This document shows, in pieces, positions 1 to 13,893 of a stretch of DNA of 64,000 nt (positions are counted from its first letter, which is position 1; every line of letters begins with the position of its first letter). Origin of the DNA: the human T2T-CHM13v2.0 reference genome, Homo sapiens; assembly GCF_009914755.1 (NCBI RefSeq), contig NC_060934.1; one strand, 5' to 3'. A program made the position numbers and the translations under genes. The notes under the pieces were generated by a model. That model was not told where the DNA came from and did no database searches. It saw nothing but the letters and a program-made list of their open reading frames with translations.

Positions 1-600
1 CATTTGGCTTAAAATTCAACATGCGCTTTCTCAAAAAGGAAGCAAATGTAAACAGTCTTCTCATATATTATCCTGCACATCTGAATCCTATGTTTTATTT
101 ATTCGTTTCTCTTTTGAGTCTGGAATATAATCAGTTGGAAATGAGGAAGGAAGCCCCATTCATTCGCCTCTTTGTGATGCCATGAAAATGATAGCATGTT
201 TGAGCTGATGGAGGGCCTTGGAAATAATCAGAGGAGACCCTTTCATTTTATAGAAGGATTCTGAGGCCCAGAGAAGTGCAGTTTGCCTGGGTTCCTCCAA
301 TCAAAGGTGGTGAACATGGGCTTAAAACCAGGTTGCCTGACTCTAGGCCAACTGAGTTGGACAGTGTTGAGGTAAACTCTGAAAAGCTGGTGTTCCTGCC
401 CACCACAGCTCCCCACCTGACCCCTCCAGTCTCAGTCAACACCCAGACACCAGGGATCACCTGTCAGTTATCTCAGACCAGAGATATCTCTTCAGGCTTC
501 AGGCCTGTACTCGCTTTGTGTATTAGGCACTTATCACCACTCACCCAAACAATACATTGACTGATAGCGCCTCCCCATCGTCCTGATCATCTCCCCTAAA

Positions 601-615
601 CACACACACACACAC
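601..615. repeat. (CA)n microsatellite
   Basis: cacacacacacacac read directly. Confidence 0.85.
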
Positions 616-719
616 AAAACACTTTTAAGGCACAGACCCATTGTTCTCAAAAAGTAGTGTTGATTACCTTAATCCTTTTCTAAAATGCTGCCATTGTCCA
701 CTTCACTCACTCCCACTCA

Positions 720-789
720 TGTATCCCAATCATTTAGAATGATGTTGGCACACTGAAAGCACTCAATAAATATGTGTTGAATGAATGAA
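720..789 (+). mobile_element. L2 3' end remnant
   Basis: ggcacactgaaagcactcaataaatatgtgttgaatgaatgaa resembles the typical L2 3' terminus. Confidence 0.6.
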
Positions 790-959
790 AGGCTCCTCAT
801 TTCCTACTAAAGAAATTAATCTCCATTTCTTAGCTTGGTAGTCAAGGCCCTTTATCATCTGGCATTAATCTTTTCCCATTTTGCTCGCTTCCTCCCTTCT
901 GTCCTCTGCTAATTAAACAACCAAATAGCTCTTTTTTAAGGTAAAAATTTATTGTTTAC

Positions 960-1200
960 CAATAAATACTCAACTTATTGAGTGTTTATGCCAAGCCTTT
1001 TTTCACCTTTTTATGAGTGTTAACTCGTTTAATTCACACAACAAACCTATAAGGTTGGTACTATCATTATTACCATTTTACAAATAAGGCAATTGAGCCA
1101 CAAGTTAAGTTACCTCTCTATGATCACACTTTTAAGATGAGGCAGAGCTGGGATTCAAACTCAGGAAGTGTGGCTTCACATCCCATGCATGTAGCCACTA
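960..1200 (-). mobile_element. MIR
   Basis: MIR core in reverse: ttattaccattttacaaataaggcaattgagccaca...ggcagagctgggattcaaactcagg. Confidence 0.7.
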
Positions 1201-1214
1201 TGGCATGGCTAGCT

Positions 1215-1850
1215 TTCCTATTGGTTTATTTTTAGTTATAAACTTCAACAGTCTGGAAGTACATAAAAAGTAACAATTTTTCACCCACTTCAAAAAGAAT
1301 TTAGATAATATGTATTCTTCCAGATGCTTTTCTTATGTTAACTAGTATATTTACATAATTTTAAAACCAAAATTATACATACTACAACATGCCTTTTAAA
1401 TTTACTATATTTTTGAGATATTTCCATAAATATTCCTACACATATCTCTTACATATATCACAGCCACATTATTTTTCATTGTTGCCTAGTATACTCTTGT
1501 ATGGATACACACCATAATTTATTTTTTCAGTCCCTGTTGATGAACACTTCAGTTATTCCCAAGATTTTTCCCTTAGGAACAATGCTGGAGTGAGCATCTT
1601 TATATATCTATGTGTGTAATGCTAAATATTTCTGTAATTCAGATTCCTAAAAAATGTGATTGCTGAGTCTTGGGGTATACACACTTAAAACTGTGATAGA
1701 TACTGATAAATGGCCCCCAAAATGCTGTCCTCCCACAAATAGTGTCTTGCAGTTTGCCAATTTATCCTCCCACAAATAGTGTCTTGCAGTTTGCCATGAT
1801 TCCCTTTTCCTCTGCACACAAATTTGGGAATTGAATGCTTCCTTCTTAAC
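1215..1850 (-). mobile_element. Old L1 (L1ME-like) 3' region
   Basis: gtatggatacacaccataatttatt...gttgatgaacacttcagttattcc...aacaatgctggagtgagcatct is typical reverse-strand L1M 3'UTR. Boundaries approximate. Confidence 0.6.
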
Positions 1851-2000
1851 CGTTCCAGTCCTCTCCTCTCTGGGAGCTCATATTCTCTGCTTGTCATGCC
1901 TCTATGCCTCTCTTTTTGCACAGTGAATGTATTTTTTCTTCCCCTGCTGCCCCATAATATCAAATCCTCCTTGTTAACTGACTGGTGCTCGTGTTGTCTC

Positions 2001-2005
<5 letters not shown>

Positions 2006-2061
<56 letters not shown>

Positions 2062-2078
2062 CCTCCCCTCCCCCCCCC
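2006..2078. repeat. (CT)n microsatellite (~26 units) followed by C-rich run
   Basis: Read directly; it generates the spurious ER/SL-repeat ORFs in the track. Confidence 0.95.
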
Positions 2079-4412
2079 AACACCCTTTTCTCCTTCCCCT
2101 CTCCCCTCTGCTTCCTTGGTTATATAAAACCATAGTAGTTTCTTTGATACAATATTCACATCAAGGAGTCTCGGAGGCTACCTAGAGAAGAGTGAGTTCT
2201 GACTGTTGCTGGCAGTGGCGACGCTTTATGTGGTGCCAATTGGGTTGATGTTTGTAGCCTCAGTATTTGGCTGTGTTGTTAAAGATGACCCCATTTGGTA
2301 TCCGTTATTTAGGGCACAGCAGTGAGTGTGATTAAGAAAGGAACAAAGAGTTACAAAGGAAAGCAAAACTGGAGAAGAGCCTTTTAAATGATGACGGAGA
2401 TGAGAAAAAGGAAGATAAAGGCAAGATGTTGCTGAACTCCTCCTTCATGCCACCCCCCTTGCTTGGTGCTTTACATACATTATTGCATTTAATCCCCCAG
2501 TGAGAACAGACTAAACAGATTAGGAATGGTCTGTCTGGAAGACAGGAGGAGGATGTGAGCAAAGTTTCTGAAGTCATAAATAGTTCTAGTGTAAAACTAC
2601 AAAGATACCCCATGAAGTTACAGCAGAGTGAGTTTAGGACAAGAGAAAGGTAGTAAGTAGTACTTCCAAATGGGGCTAGTAAACAGTGGACTCTGTAACC
2701 AAAAGTGTGAAAAGATGGACAATTTAAATAGCTTTTTTTTTTAAGGTTTTAGACAACTGCATGGTAATACATTGCTGCTGGATTTCTAATTGGAGTTAGG
2801 ATGCTTGGAGTCTTTAGACATTCACATTGAGGTCAAGGAGTCTAACCGTATGTACAGCCCTGTAGTCCATGAAGGTATCTGGGGGAGCAGAAGAGAGGAC
2901 ATTCAGGGCTTCTGTCATCTCTCTTTAAACCAGAATCTCTCTACTTCTTATCTCTTGAAAGTTCTGGGCTTCTACATGAGATTTCCTTTGTGAGGGACAA
3001 AAAAAAGTTGTTATTTATTTATTTTTTTTAAAGTCTACAAACGATTGCATTAGTTGTTTGACTCCACTATTCCAGACAAGCCGTGGGCTGGATGGACTGT
3101 GGATCTAACCAACGGGAGGAAATTTTACTCATGGACCAAGGCTCCACCATTGCTTCTCTCAATTCCATAGCACAAGCTAGAGTCTGACAGCCTTGTAGCT
3201 CAGCCCTGACCTCAGTGAGGTGAGGACTTGGTGAGGTGAGAGAAGGCAAGTGCAGCAGCAAGAACTGCTCCTGTTTCTGAAAGAACATCCCAGTCCATTG
3301 GTAAGGCCTCCCAACCCCATTCCACCCTATCACAAGCAAGGTGGGAGCTCCCCTGCAGCCAGTGCCCCAAGTGCCTTGCCTACTGTGTGCCTTTGAAGGA
3401 AGAGTCAGGGAGGCCAGGAGCCTCAGCCTGAGCCCTGGCTCACAGGTTCTGTGCTGTCACCGAGCTACTTACTTCACTCCTACTCTTGCCTGGTCTTTCC
3501 CTTGGGCTGTGAGTCAGAAGACAGTGGTTGAAGTCTCTGCTTACTCATTTTGCAGCCATAAGATTCTCTAGCACTCAACCTCTTTCTAACCCATGGTTTC
3601 ATCTGTGTTTCTGTAACAACTTCTACTAATCAGGCTGCTAGGAGGACTGACTAAGATAATGCAAACAAAACACTTTTCAGGGTGCCTGCTGCATGGCGAA
3701 GCCTCAGTAAATGGTAGTATTGGTGGTTGTAGTTGGGTCATTTTTATACCCCCTCCACCCCCTGCTTCCCCTGCTGATATCTTGGTTCCTAGCCCTGTGA
3801 CTTGGAAGAGACTTGGGCTTCTGCTATGATACCTGCTTCTGAGCCAGTAATCCCCAACCCTGACATCTGCCTGCTGCCTTCCAGTCCCATGGCTTGCCCC
3901 ATCAATACTGATTTTCTGTCCTTGATTATACCTGCAGTGACATCACAAAGCACAATACATCATACACAGTGATACCCAGTAACAGCCCTCTTTGTATGTT
4001 ACTGCATTTAAAAAAGAACTTTGTCTCTTAAGAGCACTTCACATATGTCGTTTCATATTTGATAGACTTCCTTTTCTGCAATTGAAATGTAGAAATATCA
4101 ATGACTTGTCCTAAGGTGCAGGCTTGCTAGTTGATATAGACAAGCAGAAACCCAGGTCCTCTGATTCCCAACTTCTTTTTACCATTTCCTGCCATCTTTT
4201 GAGTTTTTGTATCTAGATATATTGGCCTTTGCTTTGATTTATACAGACTTGTAGGTTTCCCTGTGAATCTGGGAGCAGGATGAAGGTAAGAGTTTAACTT
4301 CTGCTTTGCAGTTATACTGTAGTCAGCTGCTAAAACATAAGAATACTATCTAGATGTTAATGAAAAAAATATTATTTTTGACCTATTTTTGTTTCAAAAT
4401 GTTCTGGACTTA

Positions 4413-4776
<364 letters not shown>

Positions 4777-5135
4777 TTAATAAATGGAAAATGGCATTAG
4801 GCTTATAAGAAAGGTATTCTACATAAAATATTTTGCCTCTGCAACCAGCAAATTCTACCATATTAAAGACATAGCAGTTTTGTCTCTCTGTGCCAAAAAT
4901 CACAAGAACTTTTATTCTTGTTCTCATGATCCACTGCAATGTTCTCTATTCAGAAAGCTCTGGGATGTTTTTTTTTTTTTTCCTGGCTCCTTTGATGTTC
5001 CTCAGACAAAGACTCTTGAAGTTGCAGATTTGTTGTATGTTTTTAGACCAGTGCAGAGATGGGGTTCAGAGGAACATTTCACATGGGCTTTGATGTTAGA
5101 ATCCTTTGGCAAATCATGTTTGCCTTTCAAATTGA

Positions 5136-5481
<346 letters not shown>

Positions 5482-5974
5482 AAGGATAGACCTTTTCTAA
5501 GGGTTGTCAAGGAAATAACCTCATGTGCAGAAAAAGTTTTATGCACAAATATGTGTATCACAACAGCTTTACAATAGTGAAAACCCAGAAACAAATTAAT
5601 AGTAATAAGAGAATGGTTACTTACACTGTTGTGAAATCATGAGGAGGAATCTCACATAGAATTGAAAGTGAGGTCTAAAGAACTTTATAGTAATATGGAG
5701 AAAAACTTGGTTAATACATTATGTAGAAAAGCAGATTATAAATGTTGTGTAATATGACATCACAACTATGGAAAACTACACAGTGGTAGTGGTATCACAG
5801 GTGATCTTTTGCTTTTCTTTATTTTCCAGTTTTTCTGTAATAAGCAAGAATTTTGAAAATTGGAATGGGAAAAGGGTGTTTTACTGAAAACAGAAGCATC
5901 ATCCTTCTCTGTTGGTAATTTTCAGCTTGATTTGGTTTGTAGTGCTGCAGAAAGTGCTTTTGATTTCTCTAGAA

Positions 5975-6168
5975 CAGTGTTTCTCAACCTCAGCTAGTTG
6001 TGGGAGCAGCCCTGTGCACTGGACAATGTTTAGCAGCATCATTGGCCTCAACGCACAAGATGCCTGTAGCATGCCCTCAGTTGTGACAAACAAAAATGTC
6101 TCCACACATTGCCAAATGTCCCTGGTGTGGGTGGTCGTGATAAAATAACGTCTGGTTGAGAACTGCTG
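5975..6168. mobile_element. MER20 (hAT-Charlie MITE)
   Basis: TIRs cagtgtttctcaacc / ggttgagaactgctg; internal aaaaatgtctccacacattgccaaatgtccc; 8-bp TSD ctctagaa / ttctagaa. Confidence 0.85.
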
Positions 6169-7420
6169 TTCTAGAATCATGCACTGATACATCCCAAATA
6201 CCCACTCCCTGGGAGACTCAGCAAGAGGTGGCAGTGGGTATTCAGTTGTACACAGCAATGGAGTATGTAGAAATCTAGAAATTCGTTCACTCACTCATGA
6301 GACATTTATTTTCCAGAAAGGTGTTTGGCATCAGAAAAATGTGGCAATAGGAAGCAGGGTTCCTTCCAGCTGCAGGGTGGGATTCAGTGGGAGGAATTCA
6401 GCCCCTTGCGGGCAGAGGTGGAGTGAAGAAAGGGCCTGGCAAGCAACGAGGCTCACTAGGACTGAGACACCAGCAGTTTTGGTCACAAAAGGAGGTGGAA
6501 GCCAAATTCCCAGCCTGAGATGGGAATGAAAGCAGAAATGCAGTTGACTAGACATTGTGGAGCCTGCACCAGAGAACTAAAGCTCCTTAAATTCCTCCTG
6601 ACAGGGAACAGGATTGTCCTCAGAGCCTAGGGCAGCCCTCAGCTTGCTGGTGGAAGGAATGGGGACTTGGATAAGGAGTTGGAAGAGTGGGTGGCTAGAG
6701 AGCCCCTGCAAGGCACTGCCCACTCAGTAGTGATACTTACTGTGAAGGGCCGTGGGTCTAGACTGAGGCATTTACACTTGGTTCTGGAAGAGAGGAAAGA
6801 AGCCAAACCAGTTTTCCTATAGGAAAGATCTCTAGAAGTGGATCAAAGAATGTACACTTTTTGAATTTCGATGGGTAGTACTCAGTTGCCTTTCTAAATG
6901 CCAGTATAATGATCAATGGATTGGATATTATTTTGGCATTTTATAGTGCTTGAATAATAAGTTTATTATTTTAAATGTTTGTAGTGCCGCCGAAGGTTTA
7001 TAAAGGTTTATGGCTGTCGCAGTTTTGCTTTCATGACCTGTTGTTGATCGTATCTTTGATTTATGTGAGGCCTAGACAGGAACAGAATCCCTAATCATGA
7101 AATTTTTCCTATGGGAAAATACATCTTGCTTTATGACAATCTACTTTATGACGTGCTTTCCAGAAATAATGTGTGGCAAAATGTAGAGGTCATCTATAAA
7201 GTTTCTGTTTGTTTTATCTGTTGTGAATTTCCATGATTTTTGTCCCCCTTTGATGGCTAATTTATTTTCCATCCTGTATTAGAGATATATATTTAATAAA
7301 ATTTAAAATATTCTTTTTTAAAAATGCATGAAGCACAAGGAAGGTGAATGGGTGATTAACAAGATAGTGATTCAGATTGAATATTAAATGTATCTCATTT
7401 CATGAAACAAATGCATTCAA

Positions 7421-7500
7421 TTAGGTTGAATGATATGAAATTTTGATTTTTCTAGGTCAAAAACAGTCAAATATCAGCAATTTTATATGGCTCAGTGTAA
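7421..7500 (-). mobile_element. MADE2 (mariner Hsmar2 MITE)
   Basis: 80-bp palindromic element ttaggttgaatgatatgaaatt...taggtcaaaaacagtcaaatatcagcaattttatatggctcagtgtaa matches the recalled MADE2 consensus. Confidence 0.75.
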
Positions 7501-7682
7501 TAGTAATGTTGGCTATAAAGAAAATTTTTGTGAAATGAATATTCTGTTTTTTATTGCTTTCTTAAAAATTTTGAGGTTCATTTCCCTGAAGACAGAGTTG
7601 AAAACTTTGGCTGTGTATCATGCTGGGCATGGCTGGAATTCAACAAATTATTCTTGCTTTGAATGATTGTTTCCATTGGAAC

Positions 7683-7865
7683 AAGAGTTCCCAACGAACC
7701 CTGGCTGCTCATAGAATCACTGGGGAAACTTTAAAAGATATAATCCATGGCTCCACACAGATAAATCAGTACATTGGATATGGTATGCAGTGGGGCAGGG
7801 CTCAGGCCTCAGTATTTTTTTGTTCCCCACGTGACTCTAAGGTGCAGCCAGTTTGAGAACCACTG
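7683..7865. mobile_element. MER5-family DNA transposon
   Basis: ctggctgctcatagaatcactggggaaactttaaaa...gtgactctaaggtgcagccagtttgagaaccactg. Confidence 0.7.
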
Positions 7866-8151
7866 CACTAGAATTTCATTTTAAGGAGTCTCAATGGAGC
7901 TTTGGTATACCTTAGAAAAACACAATGCCTTTGTTCCTCACCTACTTCTCTATCTTGCTTTGGACCAATAAGGTCTAAAGATGAAATGTGAAAAAAATAT
8001 ATTTAACTCGATCAACCCCCTGCTTTGGTTTTCATTCAACAGAACATTTATTGGGTACCTACTATGTGCCTGGTCCTAGGGCTGGGGACTTTGATGAAAC
8101 AGATGAATGCTGAGTTAAAGAAGAATTATGCCTCTTAAAGAAGCCAGGGAT

Positions 8152-8406
8152 TATATGAAATGTCCCAAACAGGCAAATCTGTAGCGATGGAAGGTAGATT
8201 AGTGGTGGTTGCTTAGGGCTAGTGAGGATGGGAAAGTAGGGAGTGACTTTAAATGGGTATGAGACTTAACTTGGAGGTGAAAAAAGGACCTAAAATTGAT
8301 TGTGGTGTAACTATATTAAAAACTATTGACTTGTGTACTTTAAATGAATAAATTGTATGGAATGTGAATTATATCTCAATAAAGCTGCTGTTAAAAAAAA
8401 AAAAAA
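8152..8406 (+). mobile_element. L1MB-type 3' end with poly-A
   Basis: tatatgaaatgtcccaaacaggcaaatct...gtgaattatatctcaataaagctg followed by an A-run; decayed TSD aagccaggga / aagccaaggg. Confidence 0.8.
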
Positions 8407-9881
8407 GCCAAGGGTTCCTTTTGGCATGAGGACTTCACACTGAATAAGTAAATTAGGAACAGCAGAGAAGAAACTCAGTACTATACACCCATTCCTTTCA
8501 AAACTAATAGACAATAAAATGGGGACAATAACTGAGGGCAAAATAAAGTAAATCCTGGTTGGAGATGTTTAGTTACCACCTGTATTCCAAATAGCACCTG
8601 AGTGTTCAGAGGGTGGATGGGCTGGGAGCCGTAGGTGAGAAAAAGACAAGAACCTTCATAGAATGTACTGTATGCCAGGCACTATGCTAAGTGCTCTTTG
8701 TATGTATTCATTCATTCAATTATCACACAGTTATCTCCATTTTACTATTTTGAAATGGAAGCACAGAGAAGTAACTGCCCTAAGGTCATATAGCTAGTTA
8801 AGCAGTGACATTAAGACTGCCTTAAAGAGTGGAAGTATTCTAATAGCAATGTGACGATGCGGGAATGGGAGTGGCAGTGGGCAGGGAAGCTTGGGCTTGT
8901 TGAGGGGATGGATAGCTGTCACAATGTGTTCAACTAGGGTAATAATGGAGGAGGGGGTAGAAGGGTGGACAGTGAGGGGTTACTGAGGAACTCCCTTGAC
9001 CATGCTAAGGAAACAAAATGCAGCAGATGGGCATCGTTGAAGATAATTGAATCAAAACAAGGCTTAAGAAGGCCAAGTTCAGTTTTCTAAATGCACAGAT
9101 ACATGCATGTCTCAATGAGTGTCTCTCTGGGTCTGTTCCCTGGGTCTTACTATGACCTGGGCTCTGGGGAGAAATTACTAAAAGAGAAGTCACAATGACC
9201 TAGGGAAATTGAAAAGCCTCCATAGGACCTGCCTTAGAACCTTACATTCTTTGAATGGTTGCAAAGTCGCAGCCGAAGGTGACTAGCCCAGAATGCTCAG
9301 AACATTTGGCATCAAACCTGGACTAGAAGGTAAACCTCTAGAGGGGAAGGAAAAGTCTATTGTCCCCTGACCTCCTCACTTCCCCCAAAGTGGAGCAAAT
9401 TGGGCTCCCCAGCTTTTCTTTTCCTTCTCAGTGAGACAGATGAGTATAGACAGTAATTGTGCAGGGGCAGAGGAGGAGGGAGGGACATTGGAGACTGTGT
9501 CCACCCAGGATCTCAGGCTAACAGTCTGATCTCTAAGCCAAATGCTGTACTTCAGAGCCAGCAACTTTTCATCCACACGAATACATTCCCCTTGACCTTT
9601 CCACGTTTGCTTTGTGCTCTCAGGGCTCAGTTCATTCATGAAGATTTTTCCAAGATCTGCTCTGTTCTAACTTCCTTTTATGCTTGGATTTTTATACCAA
9701 GCCTCATAGCACCTCCCATGTAGGTAGCATTTCCTACTATTATAATCTCCACATTACCCCCAAATAATCGAGAGTTCACAGTATAGCTGTTCTTTTCTTA
9801 TTTTGTTGTGCCCTAGACCTCATGATAGGTTAATCCTCTTATGCCCTATGTTTTTTTTTGTTGTTGTTCTTGCACAGTTCT

Positions 9882-10865
9882 TTTTTTTTTTAATACTTTA
9901 AGTTCTAGGGTACATGTGCACACATGTGCACAACGTGCAGATTTGTTACATATGTATACATGTGCCATGTTGGTGTGCTGCACCCATTAACTCATCATTT
10001 ACATTAGGTGTATCTCCTAATGCTATCCCTCCCCCCTTCCCCCATCCCACAACAGGCCCCGGTGTGTGATGTCCCCCTTCCTGTGTCCAAGTGTTCTCAT
10101 TGTTCAATTCCCACCTATAAGTGAGAACATGCGATGTTTGGTTTTTTGTCCTTGAGATAGTTTGTTCAGAATGATGGTTTCCAGCTTCATCCATGTCCCT
10201 ACAAAGGACATGAACTCATCATTTTTTATGGCTGCATAGTATTCCATGGTGTATATATGCCACATTTTCTTAATCCAGTCTATCATTGTTGGACATTTGG
10301 GTTGGTTCCAGGTCTTTGCTATTGTGAATAGTGCGGCAATAAACATACGTGTGCATGTGTCTTTATAGCAGCATGATTTATAATCCTTTGGGTATATACC
10401 CAGTAATGGGATGGCTGGGTCAAATGGTATTTCTAGTTCTAGATCCCTGAGGAATTGCCACACTGTCTTCCACAATGGTTGAACCAGTTTACAGTCCCAC
10501 CAACAGTTAAAAGTGTTCCTATTTCTCCACATCCTCTCCAGCACCTGTTGTTTCCTGACTTTTTAATGATGGCCATTCTAACTGGTGTGAGATTGTATCT
10601 CATTGTGGTTTTGATTTGCATTTCTCTGATGGCCAGTGATGATCAGCACTTTTTCATGTGTCTGTTGGCTGCATAAATGTCTTCTTCTGAGAAGTGTCTG
10701 TTCATATCCTTCGCCCACTTGTTGATGAGGTTGTTTTTTTCTTGTAAATTTGTTTGTGTTCATTGTAAGTTCTGGATATTAGCCCTTTGTCAGATGAGTA
10801 GATTGTAAAAATTTTCTCCCATTCTACAGGTTGCCTGTTCACTCTGATGGTAGTTTCTTTTGCTG
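9882..10865 (-). mobile_element. L1PA (PA4-6 type), 5'-truncated, ~1 kb
   Basis: ORF2 C-terminal peptides (ORF 10104-10544), 3'UTR and poly-T; 16-bp TSD gttcttgcaca(g/a)ttct at 9866-9881 and 10866-10881. Confidence 0.95.
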
Positions 10866-11531
10866 GTTCTTGCACAATTCTAGGCGCCAGTAGCCATTCA
10901 TTCCCCATTGAAGTCAGCCTGTTCCCAGTGACTGTGGCTTCCTCTTGACTCCTGGAGCACCAGCTGCCTGAACCTCTCTCTTCTCACTTATTGTTTCCTG
11001 CCTCGTGTTAACTTTCCCTCTTACCTGCCTGCCTTCCAGCCATCCTTGGTCATGCAAGAGACACTCAATGCAACAGGGATGAGTCACTGATTAATCAGCA
11101 AGCACTTTATAGGGCCATGATGCAGGCGATAACTGTTCTGATGACAGACACTGGGGAGAACAGCGGGCATCTCCAGGGCTTGCTCATCTCTGACATGCTG
11201 TCCCTGATCCTTCCTCCTGCTCCTTCCTCTCTCCATCCTTTTCTTCAAAATTCTATCTTTCTGTCTTTCGGTGATTCTGTCGTCATCACCTTCCTCCCCT
11301 GCCACAAATACCCCTGAGTTTCTTAACTACTCACAATTTAGATCTCATTTATCCTTTTATTTGCTATATCTATAGAACTTGGCTTTTCTTGTTTTCTGTG
11401 TCTTGTGTCTGAATATAATAATGATGTTTAACATTCTGTGTGTGACCTCTGACTGATTTTGGAAATGGGAAAAGGATCCATGGCATTGGTAGGAAAAGGT
11501 TGCCAAGTCTGCCTTAAGAATTTTTAGGAAT

Positions 11532-11824
11532 GGCAGGGCATGGTGGCTCATGCCTGTAATCCCAACACTTTGGGAGGCTGAGGCAGGCAGATCACCTGAG
11601 ATTAGGAGTTCAAGACCAGCTTGGCCAACATGGTGAAACCCCATCTCTACTAAAAATACAAAAACTAGCTGGGCGTGGTGGCAGGTGCCTGTAGTCCCAG
11701 CTACTCAGGAGGCTGAGGCAGGAGAATTGCTTGAACCTGGGAGGCAGAAGTTGCAATAAGCTAAAATCGCACCACTGCACTCCAGTCTGGGCGAAAGAGT
11801 GAGACTCTGTCTCAAAAAAAAAAA
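11532..11824 (+). mobile_element. AluS, full length
   Basis: Dimeric Alu with A-tail; decayed TSD ttaagaat. Confidence 0.95.
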
Positions 11825-13527
11825 TTTTTTTTAAGAATATTTGCAGGGTAAAACATAAAAAAGCTGATGATGAAACCTGTTGGATGAACTGATGAAACCC
11901 CAAATTTACCCAGCCAGTAATGGCCATGCCCTTCACCTTCTAAAAGAAGTGCATTTGCTTCTCCCTGGCCTCATGTTGAAGAATTGGAAAGGAGCAATTT
12001 GGAGAGAGTGCAATAAAAGAAAAGATAAAGAGTTTCTGCTATTATCCCTGCATCTCTGACTTCCCACAGTCTGTTTTTCAGCTGTTCCCTGTCCACTCCC
12101 AGGACCTCTGCCTCCTGTCTTATAGTGTATCATGGTCTCTACTGGATAACAGATAAGCAAGGTTGAGTCATCTGATATGGTCATCCCTGGATGTGGACTT
12201 TCTCCTCCAATCATGAGCACAACATATAGAGCTCCCATCCTCTCTCCTTCACTCTCATCAAGTGAATGGCTCAGCAAGGTTGGGACTCTTGTGGTGAGAC
12301 CAGAAGATCTTGAGAAGAGTGTGAGGAATGAGCTTCCCAGTGAATAAAAGGTGACCCGACTTTTGGGCCATGAGTGACAGAACCCTCCAGCTGAATGTGC
12401 ATTTGCTCCTGAAAAGGAACCCCATCCAAAGTAGCTACAGAAGTGATTTAAACAGAGATGTGGCCCCAGCAAGTCCTTTTCTTCCAGCTCAGCATCACAT
12501 TGACTGTCTTCTTTGACTCCTACCAGCTCTGCTGGGAGTGAGACTCAGTGACCCTTCCCTTCCCTATAGCCTACCCAGCCCACAGATTCATGCCAAACAC
12601 TCGTTGCACTGACTTCATTTGTGCCGTCTTTGACATTACTGGTAATGTCCATTATATGCAGATGCCAAAGACCAGCTAACATCAGTTCAAGGAATATTTC
12701 AGGAGTTCCACCTGTATACAATACAATATACCATGAATCACTAGATCATGGTGGGTATAAAAGAGAGAAAATCCTTGGAACACCCATAAGCAGTTGATCC
12801 CAGTGGGTTGGTTAGGCTGTAGTTAGTATATACACTGCTGTTGACACTGCCTTTAATTATGTGTAGTCACACCTGCATTGTGTCCTTTATGAGCTCTTAG
12901 AAAATAATGAATGCACCCAATTGTTTAGAGCTCCCACAAAGTGAAGGACAACATTATTTCAAATTATTGCAAGAAGCCCAGGGTATCTGGAGACAGGGAA
13001 AGCTCTTAAGTCTACTTTTTATACAATAGAGCTTCATACCATTATTCTGTATATAATCTTTTCACCAAAACACTGTCGCCTGATTGTTTCAACAAAAGAC
13101 CTCTTTGTTTTGATAGCCAAGAAAAACCTTAAGCTCAGTAGAGACATGAGAGCAAGCTTTTTAAATTACAAAATGTAAGTGCTAAAACCATATTTTTGGA
13201 ATGTAAATTGGAAGGTTTTTTAAAAAAAGTTTTGTTAACTTTAAAAGAAGTTACAATTTTTTTAAACTTAAGTTTTTAACCTAAGTTTTTATAAGTTTTA
13301 AAATTTTCATTAACTTTAGCATTTTTTTTCTCTTTTCTTTTTTAATGATTTCCATGGAGTTCTTTGACATGCAGCTCAGGGTGACCATATCTTTCTTATC
13401 TGACTATAGGGTAGGCCCAGGTAAGCTGAAAGGTGATAACTTTCCCATACTCCTGAGCCCTCTGAAGGTCAAATATATTGTGTTCAACACTCAACCTCTC
13501 AGGATAATCCTAGCCCTGAACATAGGC

Positions 13528-13893
13528 TGATACAGTTTGGCTCTGTGTCCCCACCCAAATCTCACTTATAGCTCCCATAATTCCCATGTGTTGTGGGAGG
13601 GACCCAGTGGGGGATGATTGAATCATGGGGGCAGGTCTTTTTCTTGTGCTGTTCTCATGATAGTGAATGGGTCTCATAAGATCTGATGGTTTTAAAAATG
13701 GGAGTTTCTCTGCACAAGCTCTCTCTTTGCCGCTGCCATCCATATAAGATGTGACTTGCTCCTCCTTGCCTTCCACCATGATTGTGAGGCCTCCCCAGTC
13801 ATGTGGAACTATAAGTCCAATAAACCTCTTTCTTTCGCAAATTGCCCAATCTTGGGTATGTCTTTATCAGCACCGTGAAAACGGACTAATACG
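13528..13893 (+). mobile_element. THE1 (MaLR) solo LTR
   Basis: tgatacagtttggctctgtgtccccacccaaatctca...aataaacctctt...acggactaatac; 5-bp TSD taggc / tatgc. Confidence 0.9.

Noticed and set aside
1685-2185. ORFs with ER/SL repeats
   Set aside because: Translations of the (CT)n microsatellite.
1-4000. Possible 5' part of an antisense lncRNA (PLCE1-AS2) recalled near this locus
   Set aside because: No exon or promoter can be supported from the sequence alone, and my recalled position is uncertain.
6221-6238. CTCF-like motif gcaagaggtggcagtg
   Set aside because: Three mismatches in the core; expected by chance.
11933-12472. 179-aa minus-strand ORF
   Set aside because: Non-ATG start, no recognisable domain or splice context; consistent with a random ORF.
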